In this document: positions 1 through 12,772 of the stretch, piece by piece
Layout: the number at the start of each line of letters is the position of its first letter
How positions within the stretch are numbered: position 1 is the first letter of the stretch
From: Octopus sinensis
Taxonomy: Eukaryota
Direction: 5' to 3'
Length of the DNA: 64,000 nucleotides
NCBI RefSeq assembly: GCF_006345805.1
Contig: NC_042998.1
Span: 9,610,001-9,674,000, forward strand
Position numbers and translations under genes: made by a program
Notes under the pieces: generated by a model
Database searches by the model: none
What the model saw: only the letters and a program-made list of their open reading frames with translations
Told to the model about the DNA's origin: nothing

Positions 1-41
<41 letters not shown>

Positions 42-68
42 TATATATATTATATATATATATATATA
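1..68. repeat. (TA)n microsatellite
   Basis: Seen directly: near-pure TA run at window start. Confidence 0.95.
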
Positions 69-576
69 ACCCTTTAATCCTTCAATCCTTAATTTCCATC
101 TTTTCCGCCATTTGGCGGTGCCCCCGCCCCCACCACCAATACCGGTGAACACTTCTCACCATCTACACCGGATATGCCCTCCTCCCTCCTCCTCCCCCAC
201 CACCATTGCGTGTGTCTCTCCCTCCTACCCCTCCTTCTCACATGCTTTCACTGTGTACTACCCCTTCCCCCACCAAGTCAAGCTGCTAGCACCGCAGCTC
301 ATTAACTGCCCCACTGATCTTACGTTACCTCCTGTTTAGAATCTGTCACTGCCTCAATCTGACCATCTCCTTCCAGTCCCCTCCCCGTCTCGTGATATCC
401 TACGTTTTTATTTCTTCTGCACCAACCCTTTCCTTGTCATCGTTCCTCCTTACCCAACCTTCCCCACTGGTGCTTCCCTATATTACCTGCACCCCCCCCC
501 ACTATCTCTCCCTCTCTTTCCACTGGTGGAACCTTTCTCAGCTAGACCCCAACTCAACTCTAGAAAAGCTCGAACC

Positions 577-1033
577 GATCGTGACCGATGCCGGACCCCC
601 CGGCCCCTGTGCAGGTGGCACGTAAAAAGCACCCAATCCACTCTCGGAGTGGTTGGCGTTAGGAAGGGCATCCAGCCGTAGAAACTCTGCCAGATCAGAC
701 TGGAGCCTGGAGAAGCCTCTGGCTTCCCAGACCCCGGTCAAACCGTCCAACCCGTGCTAGCGCGGAAAACGGACGTTAAACGATGATGATGATGATGATG
801 ATATATAGCACCATCCGTCCGTGGCCGTTTGCCAGCTCCGTCTGGCACCTGTGTGGGTGGCACGTAAAAAGCACCCACTACACTCACGGAGTGGTTGGCG
901 TTAGGAAGGGCATCCAGCCGTAGAAACACTGCCAGATCAGACTGGGCCTGATGCAGCCTTCTGGCTTCACAGACCCCAGTTGAACCATCCAACCCGTGCT
1001 AGCATGGAAAGCGGACGCTAAATGATGATGATG

Positions 1034-1035
<2 letters not shown>
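577..1035 (+). mobile_element. Two tandem RTE-LINE 3'-end copies ending in (GAT)n
   Basis: GTGGCACGTAAAAAGCACC...TTAGGAAGGGCATCCAGC...GGACGTTAAACGATGATGAT occurs twice (~577-802 and ~808-1035). The same sequence forms the 3' UTR of the RTE at 16401-17683. Confidence 0.85.
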
Positions 1036-1075
<40 letters not shown>

Positions 1076-2381
1076 AATTGCCAATTTGTGTCCTGCAACT
1101 ATTCAAATTTAAACATTAACTGCACTTAACTTATCTGTTTGAATTCATTTCCTAATCTAAGAAAGGATTAATAAACACATAACAATAGTCTTCCCTGCAT
1201 GTTAAAATAATTTTCTTTTATATAAATGCATTTCTATGTTGTTATTTATTTAAAACTAAAATGTCATATCTAGTTTCTGAAGTAAATTTGATTTAATATT
1301 TTTAAGGGATTTCCATGACTAGCTCTTCTATTACTTCTAAAGTATGTTAAAAAGGCTGTTATATTCAGTACTTGATGAAAGAGAAGTCTGGTTAAGCAGT
1401 TCCCACTAAATGAGAGTTCAGTCTGGTATTTTATTTATGTACTAGTGAACCCATTCCATTAATAACCTTTTTTGCTATAGGCAAAAGGCCTGAAATTTTG
1501 TGGGAGTGGATAGTCAGTTAGATCAACTCTTGTGCTCAGCTGGTTCTTATTTTGTTGATGAAAAGCAAAGTCGACATTGTAGCATTTGAACTCAACATAG
1601 AGTAGGAAGAAATTCGCAAAGGAAGGTCATCCCCTCTCGAAAACCTAAGTGATACGCATGGACTGCAGTTTCGAAATTATTGTCTCTTGTCAACACACAC
1701 TAATCACGGGTTTTCGATAAGAGAGACCTGTTTGCGAATATCTATTTAATGTTTTTCCAGTATCATTAAAGGGCACAAGATTGTGTCTAAAGCCAGCTGG
1801 AGACGATGATCTCTTGGGGCTAAAAAGCTACAGTAACACCCCCCACCCCTAGTGGTTAGCCATATTGAGATGGCTAGTATACTTTACGTTGTCGAGCGCT
1901 TACTGTTTACATCTCGCTCAGAGATTTATTATTGCTTATATAAAAATATATTTTTCAGAATCTTTGATCTATTAATTTTCCAAATTGGTAAAAGGCTATG
2001 GATTTGTATGTTATGAATCAACAGCAGTATAGTACTGTTATCGGAGAAAGACGAAAGACAAAAAACAATGTAGTTAAATCCTACAAGATATGAATAAAAA
2101 AGAATGTGAATCTGCATATATGTATATATTATTTATATTTATATTATTTTTATGTATATATGAGAGAATAAAAGTAACTGTAAAATTTATTAGTCTTACC
2201 AAATTTTGAGCTGCTGAAATAATTTTTCCCTTTTCCTTTATTTATTTATTTGTCCTTGAAACTTTTATGTAGAAATACATTGCTAGTTCTTTGAACTCGA
2301 TACCTCATATTTAATCCATAAATGTCTTTTGTCTTTGACTATCATCTAACACCCATTTGTGCCTTTAATTTTATCTTTCAG

Positions 2382-2620
2382 ATCTCCAAGAAGGAAAAAA
2401 CAACGTAGCCCCACTCCCAAAACTGCTAAAGTACATATTGGCAAATTAACTCGTAATGTCTCCAAGGATCATATTATGGAAATTTTCTCTGTATATGGTA
2501 GCATAAGACATATAGAGATGCCTACAGATCGGATTCATCCAAATTTTTCTCGTGGTTTTGCATATGTTGAATATGAAAACGCAGCTGAAGCAGAAAAAGC
2601 CATTAAGTACATGGATGGTG
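2382..2620 (+). CDS. RNPS1: RNA-binding protein with serine-rich domain 1, RRM exon
   Basis: tttcag|ATCTCC...GGTG|gtatgt. Encodes SPTPKTAKVHIGKLTRNVSKDHIMEIFSVYG...SRGFAYVEYENAAEAEKAIKYMDG, recognised as the RNPS1 RRM. Confidence 0.95.
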
Positions 2621-4102
2621 GTATGTATTGAGTGTTCTTTTATAGGTCTACCCCACTTGTTCCTGCTTACCCAGAGGTGCAGGATTCCACTGCTGTAGAG
2701 CACTGAAACAATATAAGACACTTGTATTGCTATTTGAGTTAGTAAAGGTTCAATAAGTTCTGTAGTCATTTCTTTTAATTCTGATGAACCTGTGGTTTTA
2801 GTTTCAGTCCCATTCTGCATCACCTTGGCCAACCAAAGCCTGGTGACTGGATAAGCAGAAACTGAAAGAAACCCATTGTATATCAGGTTGAGTAAAAAGT
2901 AAGCAATGTTTTGAACCATAAAGAATTTGTACTGGATTTTTGCAGAATTTTGGATATTTTTTAAACATTCTTTTGCAATTGTCTGATAATACAAACAAAG
3001 ACTTGCCCAAATGCATCAATAAACTAACGCTGATATCCTTTTCATCGTTGTTACAATCATCTGAAATGGAACTGTCAAAGTGCGATATTAACAAAACGTT
3101 TGGTGAGGAAATGACCAGTGAGTGGTCAGCTCAAAAATGGTTTAAATGAGACCTGAGCAGTGGAGACCCAATGCTGAAAGTACATTCAGAGAGTTCATCC
3201 ACTCTAGAATTCTGGATTTTTATGTCACCGGAATAAACAAACTTGTAATTCATTGGCAAAATAGTGTTGATTGTAATGGTATTTACTTTGATGAATAAAA
3301 TGTCTGCATTGTTGAAATTGTGATGAATTTCAGGTTTCAAACCATTGCTTACCTTTTACTCAGCTTGATATATATACACACAATTTTACAAACCCTGAAC
3401 TATATGTCTATTTGTCATTCGGGGTTTATGAAGTTGCTTATAAATATATTCGTCAATTAAATTCCAACATAGTTTGATTATCACATGTTTTTGTACTTTT
3501 ACTTTTGTAACAGTCTTCAGGTAAATGTTTATGTAGTAGATTAACAAACAACTAATGTACTTCACATTTGTTAACTGAAGTGAAATGATTGAATTTTTTC
3601 CTTTAAATACTTTCCGCTAGGCTCCACCTGGTTGAAGCTTATGAACACTATTTTGACCAATCAGTATGGGGTTTAGGCGTGATGGTTTGATGATTGCAGT
3701 AACACACATTGACAGCACTTATTAAAAGAAGCATTTTAACCAATCACAGTCACCAGTACAGGATTTCATTACAATCAGTTGTTGAGAAACATCTGATACT
3801 ACAAACTGTAGTCCCACCTTAATTATTTTTAAATGAAATTAAGTACAAATTCAGATTAATTATACTATCAATATTACTACAAGTTTAGAGTTGAATTAAT
3901 ATTAGTAACATGAAGAATAATACTAGAACATGCCTGGCCAGAGGAAATCTGCCTCAAAGAATTCTGTTTTGCCTATAAAAGCATGGAAAAGTGGATGTTA
4001 AGCATTTTAAAACTTATATAAACTAAGAAATGTCACTTACTGATTTATTTGATTGAAATTGTGTTTTCTTAATAATGATTTCGTTTCTATTTCTGTTTTC
4101 AG

Positions 4103-4241
4103 CTCAAATTGACGGCCAAGAAATTACAGCAGCTGCTGTACTTGCGCCTAGACCTACCAGAGTGATTCCTCGTCGTAGTCCTATACGTAGGCTACCTCCA
4201 CGATGGCGTCCATCTCCTCCGAGATTCAGAGATAGGCGCAG
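4103..4241 (+). CDS. RNPS1: RNPS1 penultimate coding exon
   Basis: ttttcag|CTCAAATT...CGCAG|gtttgt. Encodes AQIDGQEITAAAVLAPRPTR...WRPSPPRFRDRR, in phase with the previous exon. Confidence 0.95.
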
Positions 4242-5799
4242 GTTTGTATTTTTTTACATTTTATTCTATAGACCATACTTTTCTTTCTCCCCTTGGTATC
4301 TTCACTTAGGTTTCATTAGTCAGGTCGGGTTTAGCTGGCTCCATTGCAACTGACTGGTCATCATGCTTGAATATCACTGAAAATATGTCAACAGAACTTG
4401 TTTTTAAATGTCTATGCTTTCTCAGTATTGGCCTCTTATGCAGCCAGTTAGGCATGGTGGTGCTTAACATGTCTAGAGGAATACCTACCTGTTGAATTCC
4501 GTAGTGGTTAAATTATTATTGATGTGTTGTGTACAGTGTTAAAAGTGGTGGCTGATATACTGCAAATGCTTGAAATTCAATGCACTCGAAAAGTGCATAA
4601 GAAAGTGCAGGGAAGCCTTACTGTTATCACTGTCTTGAACACATTGGTGTCCTGTTGACTGCATCATCTAGCTAACCTCTTAACTTTCTGTTACTATACT
4701 TCCTACTTCCAGAAAAGACTTTGCTAAGGTTTTAACAAACAACTTCAAATCAAGCCGATTTCAACCAAGCTGGAAGATGGCCAACATCAGACAGCAGACA
4801 CAGCTATCCAGGTTCAGTCCTAACTTTCTGTACTCTAACAAAAGAGCAATTGATTAAAATTCTAATATAGTATTGAATTATTATAGAAATACTTACCAAC
4901 ATCTAACAGCACCGAAGCTAAATGCGACTCAACTAGGTTATAATTGCAATCCTTTGGTCGTTAGACTTGCATGTTCTCTCTAGGAATTATAAAGCCCCAA
5001 ATTTGTGTTCCATTTTTATTTCATACTTGAGTGATTAATAGTAGGAAAGGCATCCATCTGTAAAAACAATTGCTCCTACAAAAGGGCCATTTCACCCATG
5101 CAAGCATGGAAAAATGGATATAAAGTTGATAATAAAAAAAAAAAATTGTGTGAAAGACTTGAAGTGGGGAAACACATACCAGGGAAAGAAATAACTGGTG
5201 TTATTTAAGACGTTGCTCTTTGCACTGTTATTTTATTTCTGCTATTGTTAGCTTGAGGATTTAGTCATTGGGCAAATTATTTTGAGCCTTTTGTTTTAAT
5301 ATGAAATTTAAAATCAGAAACTTGTTTCAGTATCTTTTTTTTAGTTTGGCCAGAAATATATTGGCAAATTTACAATGCCTCTTTTATATGCTGGTTAGAT
5401 GTTCAAGTATAAAACGTAATACTTTAATAGACCAGATAATCAAATTAGTACCAATTCGGTGATACACATCAGTTTCTGAGAGTGATCAGTTTTACTTGTA
5501 CACTGATTAAAGTTAACTAAGTGGAGCTGCAACGATACCCAAGGCAGAGCCTTTTGTTGTAAATTGATTGTTTTGTCAATATTTGCACTAAAAAATTAAA
5601 AAGGAAACATGCAAAAGTGAATAAGAATAGAAACTGTAAATGTCTTTTACTTGTTCACTATTTTTATAATTATAAATGGCCACTTGCAAGAGGTAGATTT
5701 TGCTCTCCAGCAAATTGAGTGGATGTATATGGAAACTATCATCTTAGCATTGATAGGCATAGATATATCTGTTTGAATGTTCTCAATGTCTGATTTCAG

Positions 5800-5911
5800 G
5801 TCTCCTCCCCCACCTCCAAGACGACGTTCTCCTCCAAGACGGCGCACTCGGTCCAGATCCCCTGCTAGGCGACGGCGGTACAGTCGCTCTAGCTCTAGTT
5901 CTTCAAGATGA
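5800..5911 (+). CDS. RNPS1: RNPS1 last coding exon (RS/P-rich C-terminus)
   Basis: tttcag|G TCT CCT...; encodes SPPPPPRRRSPPRRRTRSRSPARRRRYSRSSSSSSR, TGA at 5909-5911. Confidence 0.95.
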
Positions 5912-6005
5912 AAGCTGTTCTTTTAACAACTTAAGACTGCAACAGACAAGAGTTATGGTGAATGGATGTTTGGTCAAGTCCTTTCACTAATTTTCTTATT
6001 ATATA

Positions 6006-6011
6006 AATAAA
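6006..6011 (+). promoter_or_regulatory. Candidate RNPS1 polyadenylation signal
   Basis: AATAAA ~95 nt after the stop. Use is not verifiable from DNA alone. Confidence 0.4.
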
Positions 6012-7041
6012 TAATTACAAAAAATATATATATATTGAACATTTCCCCTTTAAAAAAAAAATGAGAAATGATTATGGACTTCAAATAAATTGGAACCATT
6101 AAATGAGAACTCACTGGATATTCCTACATAGTTCTAATTATTAGTATCATGTTATTTTTTGTTTAAAAGCCAGTCACTCCACAGACCATTTGGATGATTT
6201 TCATTTGACTGTACCTATCTATTCATTCATGATAAAATTCATTTTGCATAATTTTATTCTCATTGTCTCATTAAAAAGATTTTTTTCTTTTTGCAACTTA
6301 TATGCAATTTTTTTATCCTTACAAAACATTTTCCTATTTCCAATCTCCTTACTGATGTATACAATATTTATATTTTCCTGTTTATAACTCTTCCATTTCA
6401 AATAATATCAGGAAAAGTTTTAGAGTTGTTTTGAAAGTACATGTAAAAGTTTGTATAATGAAATTACTTTTTCTATCAAATTTACACAAGGTTCCATCGA
6501 CTCGTTTTACTGCTAGTTATAAATCAAAATTATTTTTCTATATAGAAAAAAATAATTTCTCTAAAGCAATTTGGATGTACTTCTATTAATCGTCAAAGTG
6601 TTCATTGAGAATCAAGTAATGCATGTTTGTGGCTTTTTTTTCTCTGACCATGACCTCTCTCTACTTTCAAAATGATGATTGCCTTTGACAGGAAGTTATT
6701 GTACCGGTCTTTTAGGGGATAGTTTACACTTGTTTTAGACGAACATCATCATCGTTTAATGTCCGCTTTCCGTGCTAGCAAGGGTTGGACGATTTGACAG
6801 GACTAGCGTGGAAAACAAATGCTAACTGATGATGATGAGGTAGAGGAGGAAGAGGTGGAATACACAAAAACAAAGTGAGGTGAGGTTTTGTGGTACAAAG
6901 CCTCACATAATTATAAGAAATAGTAATATCTTGTATAGTAAATCTGTCTGACCTACCAACTTTGACAAACAGGTGGTAAAATAATGATTTAACCCTTTTG
7001 TCACCACATTTCTGTTGAAATATACTATATCGTCATCGTCA

Positions 7042-7290
7042 TCATTTAACGTCCGCTTTCCATGCTAGCATGGGTTGGACGATTTGACTGAGGACTGGCG
7101 AACCAGATGGCTGCACCAGGCTCCTATCTTGATCTGGCAGACTTTCTACAGCTGGATGCTCTTCCTAGTGCCACCCACTCCGAGAGTGTAGTGGGTGCTT
7201 TTACGTGCCACCGACACGAGGGCAAGTCAGGCGGTACTGACAAAGGCCTCGCTCAAATGGTGTTTTTTTTACTTGCCACCTGCACAGCAA
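7042..7290 (-). mobile_element. RTE 3'-end copy
   Basis: CATCATTTAACGTCCGCTTTCCATGCTAGC..., the reverse complement of the RTE tail. Confidence 0.75.
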
Positions 7291-7898
7291 CCAGAACCAT
7301 TTAAGCAATTGAATTACATTTGATTTAACTTCAGTAGTGAGAGAAACAATCTCTTTTTTACTGCTTGTTTTCTTTATAAGCTGATAGAGATAGAAAAATT
7401 ATGGATACATGAAAGCTTCACTAATAAAGCCAACATAGGAAAAAAAAGGAATAATCCTGCTAATCTTTTCTGCATTACTTTCAGCTCCACTTTTAGGTTA
7501 ATACTACTTCTATACTCTCTATGCTCTCATATTCTGACATCAGCTTTATCCTCTTGCCACCTCAATATGTTTTTCACTAACAACAAAATAGTGTGTTATG
7601 AGGACCTGAAAATTAATTTTTAAAACAGTCTAGTCATATATAACACAAAACGAAACATGTATAAACACTAAATATGATTTTTGATGACCTTTGGGAAGTT
7701 CCTCATTTTGGAAGTATTCTAAGTTCTTTTACAATGAATATTTTGTTTCAAGACCAAAGAGTGCTCCACACCCCAAAAGAAAAGAACTTTGCTTAAGCAA
7801 TATATTGCTCATTGGTACTGATTCATTTGTTCTTTCTGTTGCCACTTCATACCACCTTGACCCAAAGCAGCACAAGGCTTTTGTCAACCTATCTCTCT

Positions 7899-8278
7899 CT
7901 TTACTCTTTTACTTGTTTCAGTCATCTGACTGCGGCCATGCCGGAGCACCACCTTTAATCTAGCAAATCGACCCCAGGACTTATTCTTTGTAAGCCCAGT
8001 ACTTATTCTATCGGTCTCTTTTGCCGAACCGCTAAGTGACAGGGACATAAACACACAGCATCGGTTGTCAAGCAATGCTAGGGGGACAAACACACATACA
8101 TATATATATATATACGACGGGCTTCTTTCAGTTTCCGTCTACCAAATCCACTCACAAGGCTTTGGTTGGCCCGAGGCTATAGTAGAAGACACTTGCCCAA
8201 GGTGTCACGCAGTGGGAACGAACTCGGAACCATGTGGTTGGTAATCAAGCTACTTACCACACAGCCACTCCTGCACCT
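7899..8278 (-). mobile_element. tRNA-headed SINE family 1
   Basis: Reverse complement has the head AGGTGCAGGAGTGGCTGTGTGGT (A-box-like) and a degenerate B-box region, an internal TA/CA run and an (AGTAAAAG)n tail. More than 12 copies occur in the window. Confidence 0.85.
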
Positions 8279-8664
8279 ATTTGGACATTTTACCTAATTT
8301 TGCATCAAAATTGCAACTCCCCTTTGATGAAAGTAAACAATTGTAAAGATTTGTAAGGCCACTAATTGTGTAGCAGTCAAAACCACTCTAGGACTAATAT
8401 GGGAGTAAATAACATTTGTGTTGATGAAGCCACATCTGCGACCCATCTTGCTTTCAACTCCAGACTAAACAAAAGAACTTCACTGAGAAGAATGCTGTTG
8501 CTTTTGACATTAAGAAATATTCATCTATATTTATAATGTGCGAAATTTCAACTTAAGTGCAGGAGTGGCTGTGTCACCAGAAGATTTAAAGAGACAAATT
8601 GCCATTATTTTAACCTCAAGGATCACCATGCAAAAAAAAAAAGAAATAATTAATCTATAAATAT

Positions 8665-9283
8665 AGGCGCAGGAGTGGCTGTGTGGTAAGTAGCTTGTTT
8701 ACCAACCACATGGTTCTGGGTTCAGTCCCACTGCGTGGCACCTTGGGCAAGTGTCTTCCACTATAGCCTCAGGCCGACCAAAGCCTTGTGAGTGGATTTG
8801 GTAGACGGAAACTGAAAGAAGCCCGTCGTATATATGTATATATATATATGCGTGTATGTGTTTGTTCCCCTAGCATTGCTTGACAGGAGTGGCTCTGTGG
8901 TAAGTAGCTTGCTTACCAACCACGTGGTTCCGGGTTCAGTCCCACTGCATGGCACCTTGGGCAAGTGTCTTCTACTATAGCCTCGGGCCAACCAATGCCT
9001 TGTGAGTGGATTTGGTAGACAGAAACTGAAAGAAGCCCGTCATATATATGTATACATATATATGCGTGTGTGTTTGTGTGTCTGTGTTTGTCCCCCTAGC
9101 ATTGCTTGACAACCGATGCTGGTGTGTTTATGTCCCCGTTACTTAGCGGTTCAGCAAAAGAGACCGATAGAATAAGTACTGGGCTTACAAAAGAATAAGT
9201 CCCGGGGTCGAGTTGCTCGATTAAAGGCGGTGCTCCAGCATGGCCGCAGTCAAATGACTGAAACAAGTAAGAGTAAAGAGTAA
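8665..9283 (+). mobile_element. Double-headed SINE family 1 (partial copy 8665-8884 fused to full copy 8885-9283)
   Basis: Head AGGAGTGGCT(G/C)TGTGGTAAGTAGC occurs twice ~220 nt apart, with a single tail. Confidence 0.85.
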
Positions 9284-9379
9284 GCTACTGGCTTTTAGAC
9301 TACAAGTACAACACTGATTTTTCCAGTCAATGAATGGTCTGGAGTCTCTTTACATGTAGGAACTTCAAATTTCATCTCT

Positions 9380-10190
9380 CATACCTTGGATAGATTGTGT
9401 GTTCTCAAGAGATTACTGACACTAAAAATTCTGATGTACCCCAGGGTCAGTTATGTCTTTTACACTCCCTGCCATAAATGCTTTCTCTGTCACTTCTTAC
9501 TTCATCTCCTATGCAGATGGAACCACACTTAACTCATTAACTTTCCAAGCACACATACAAAGGCCTCTTTCCATTGCAATTTAGATAATTTATGCTAGAT
9601 ATGAGCTGCTGCCTTCAACAGAAACCTTGAAAACATTCTTTAATGGAAGTCAGTCTAATCTCTTTTAAAAAAACTCCAAATAATATCCCCTACTTATGGC
9701 AAGAAAGCAATCTTGTATCATATATGTACTTGATAAACAACAAAATTAAAATCACTCAAACACACTAGAAATTCTAAGCCTTGCATTCTCTTCTAACAAT
9801 CAATATCATTGTCATCATTTAATGTTTGTTTTCCATGCTGGCATGGGTTGGACGGTTTGAATAGGAGCTGGCCTGCCAAACAGCAACCTGAAAGATCAGG
9901 CCTGCTCTTGTCATTTGAAAATGCCAAGAAATTCAAGGCCCTCGTTAGAATATGGCTGCTGGAGAACAAACATATTGTCTGCAACCAAAAGATCAAGCTG
10001 ATTGTGGTTTGTAAAGATTCCCTCTGCCTATTCAACCAATATCAGAAATGATTCTACTTTACTGAATACATCTACCCTGGATCACTCGATACCCCTTGCT
10101 CTCTCTCTCTCTCCTTCTTCCATTACATTTTACCTAACCTTCATTCCTAAAAGGCACCCCGCTTGATCTTTCTCTCCCAGCAGATGTTAA
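9380..10190 (+). mobile_element. Degenerate L2/CR1-type RT fragment
   Basis: GATGTACCCCAGGGTCAGTT (DVPQG.V) and TCCTATGCAGATG (SYAD) remnants; heavily frameshifted. Confidence 0.45.
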
Positions 10191-10197
10191 CTGACAT

Positions 10198-10590
10198 ACT
10201 CTTTTACTTGTTTCAGTCATTTGACTGCGGCCATGCTGGAGCACCGCCTTTAGTCGAGCAAATCGACCCCGGGACTTATTCTTTTTGTAAGCCAAGTACT
10301 TATTCTATTGGTCTCTTTTGCCAAACTGCTAAGTGACGGGGACGTAAACACACCAGCATCGGTTGTCAAGCAATGCGAGGGGGACAAACACAGACACACA
10401 CACATATATATATTTATACATATATACGACAGGCTTCTTTCAGTTTCCGTCTACCAAATCCACTCACAAGGCATTGGTCGGCCCGGGGCTATAGCAGAAG
10501 ACACTTGCCCAAGATGCCACGTAGTGGGACTGAACCCTGAACCATGTGGTTGGTTAGCAAGCTACTTACCACACAGCCACTCCTGCGCCT
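10198..10590 (-). mobile_element. SINE family 1
   Basis: Full head-to-tail match to the other family 1 copies. Confidence 0.85.
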
Positions 10591-10849
10591 ATGTTCAAAT
10601 TAAGCATCAAAAGCACCAATCTTGCCAGAATATGTGAAGCTCATGGGTACTGCCCTTCTGTTACTAAGTAACTAATAAGAAATAATAAAATGAAACTTGT
10701 TTATAAATGGCTTCTTTTAAAAAGAGAAAACCCTTTTCTTTTTTTACTGATATTTTCAAAGAAAAATCATGGTTTTATTTTTTAATGCCACTAATACAAT
10801 AGATCAGCTCAACTATTTCAACTCTTCTATCTGAAACATAAACCTTGAT

Positions 10850-11076
10850 TTAACCGTTGAGCATTTAAACCATTCATATCTGGCCTACACATTCTACTTG
10901 TTTTAAGTTCAAACTGGCCAGATGCAGCCTCTCACACATACACTACTATAATGTTATTGTAAAAATAATCACATTATCAAAGTCTCGAAACTACAAGATA
11001 ATCCATGATTAATTCAAAACAATGTGAATAAATAAGCATTACATTTGACAGAATAATCCGAATGCTAAAGGGTTAA
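10850..11076. mobile_element. piggyBac-type MITE family B
   Basis: TTAA|CC...GGG|TTAA ends with short TIR (AACC.TT.AGCATT / AATGCTAAAGGGTT). Siblings at 59148-59374 and 62716-62945. Confidence 0.7.
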
Positions 11077-12246
11077 AAATAAACTACATAAGAAAAAATT
11101 CTTGCTCAAATATCACAAGTCCAATTATGAAAGAAAAGTTTGTAGAAACACTGAGATGAAAGAATACCACTTCATAACAGCTCCATCACTAATATTTCAT
11201 AGGATGTAAATCTTTCTTTCAGCAGACATGATGCATGCCTCAGACTTAACAAAATGACATGGGATTTGTGATCTTCATGCCTTCCCCAAAGGCATTAGTG
11301 TCAGAAATGAAATGGTTCTGGGTAGGAATTGAAACCAGGCTGTGGCTTCGATTTGCCGAAAATTTATCACCTCACCATGGCACCTGCCACAAATAAAAGA
11401 AAAATGTTCTAACAAATTGCTACAATTCTCCATTCTTTTTATTATATCATCAATAATTTATTTATTTTTTTTTTTGTAAACAAAACAGTAATTTGCATCT
11501 TTTAAGTTAACCAAGCCAAATTAATAAAAAGGAAGTCCAGTATGATATGCAAGACTAAATTCCAAATGGTGTTTAAAAATAGACAAGAAAGGTTCTTAAT
11601 TTGTATGGTGATAACGGAGCCCTATTTCAAGTGGGTTTATTGATATCATTATCATAATTATTATTATTATTACAAACAGCATAGAAAAACATCCCTCTGT
11701 TCAATGCAGAGTTTCAAATAGTTGACTTTTTTTCTTTTGCATTTTTGATTGGAAAAACAAAAAAACACCCTAATACTTTCTCCAGCATAATCTTTTTATT
11801 CACCTAAGTTAAAACACCTGTTAGATGCTAAATGCACGTTGATTCCAGGTGGTAAACATGTGCAAAACGATCATAAACTAATAAAAAAAAAAAAAAAAGA
11901 ATATAAAAAAAAGGTGTGATGTTGACAATAACAGGTGAAAAAAAATAAATAAAATTAAATGCAAAGGAAATAAATTTTATGTGAAATTAGAAAAAAAATA
12001 ACGAAAAAGAAATCACACAAAATAATGTAGGTTTAAGGTAAAGAAACAGTAAAATAAAAATAAAAAAAGGGAATGGAATTGGTTGGTTAAAAAAAACCGA
12101 TTAGGATGAACAAGGGGAAAAACTCTGCTATATCTCCTTTACAACCATTTTAATAACTGTGTTTTCATTGCAAAAAGTTAAGTTGGCCATGGTGAATGAA
12201 AGCAGGACTGCTTTCAGTTAAAACTAATCCGTAAGTCCAATATAAC

Positions 12247-12456
12247 CTAACTAGGCCGACATTGCAAATGTTGCTCACTTCGGCTATCTGTAGACGGTCC
12301 ACTCTCCTGATCTTCATCATCCATATCTAATACTCCAGTGATCCGGTATCCCATATTCATCAGCATCACTTCCAATGGGTCTGCATTCATTCTTCTTTGG
12401 TTGGCTAATGCTGCATCATCTGAGTTATCAATTTCTCGCTCATTCTTTGTCCCATC
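12247..12456 (-). CDS. WDTC1: WD and tetratricopeptide repeats protein 1, last coding exon
   Basis: ttccag|GAT GGG...; encodes ANQRRMNADPLEVMLMNMGYRITG...QCRPS*, matching the vertebrate WDTC1 C-terminus as I recall it. Confidence 0.95.
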   Translation of the reverse strand, partial: DGTKNEREIDNSDDAALANQRRMNADPLEVMLMNMGYRITGVLDMDDEDQESGPSTDSRSEQHLQCRPS

Positions 12457-12772
12457 CTGGAAAGGTGAAAAGGAGAAGAATTAACTACCTCTCTAAATAT
12501 TAGAAACATTTTGTTCATTCCCCATCCGTATGCTAGCAGGCAAATATTTATTATCGACAAATTGTGTGTGGAAATGTCAAAAACCATTACCAACCATAGC
12601 TCTGTGCAGAACAATGAAAATATCCACACAGACACACAGTTTCTAACTACCAAGTTTTCTCACAAGGCAATGGTCCAAAACTATGGTAAAGGACACTTGT
12701 CCAAGGTACCACAAAGTGTGATTGAATTAAAGCCATGCAGTTGCAAACATCTTAACTACATAGTCAAACCAG

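Noticed and set aside
2446-2994. 182-aa minus-strand ORF
   Set aside because: Antisense to the RNPS1 exon and intron, with no recognisable domain.
4735-4830. LINE RT remnant (SWKMANI)
   Set aside because: Too short and degraded to delimit or classify.
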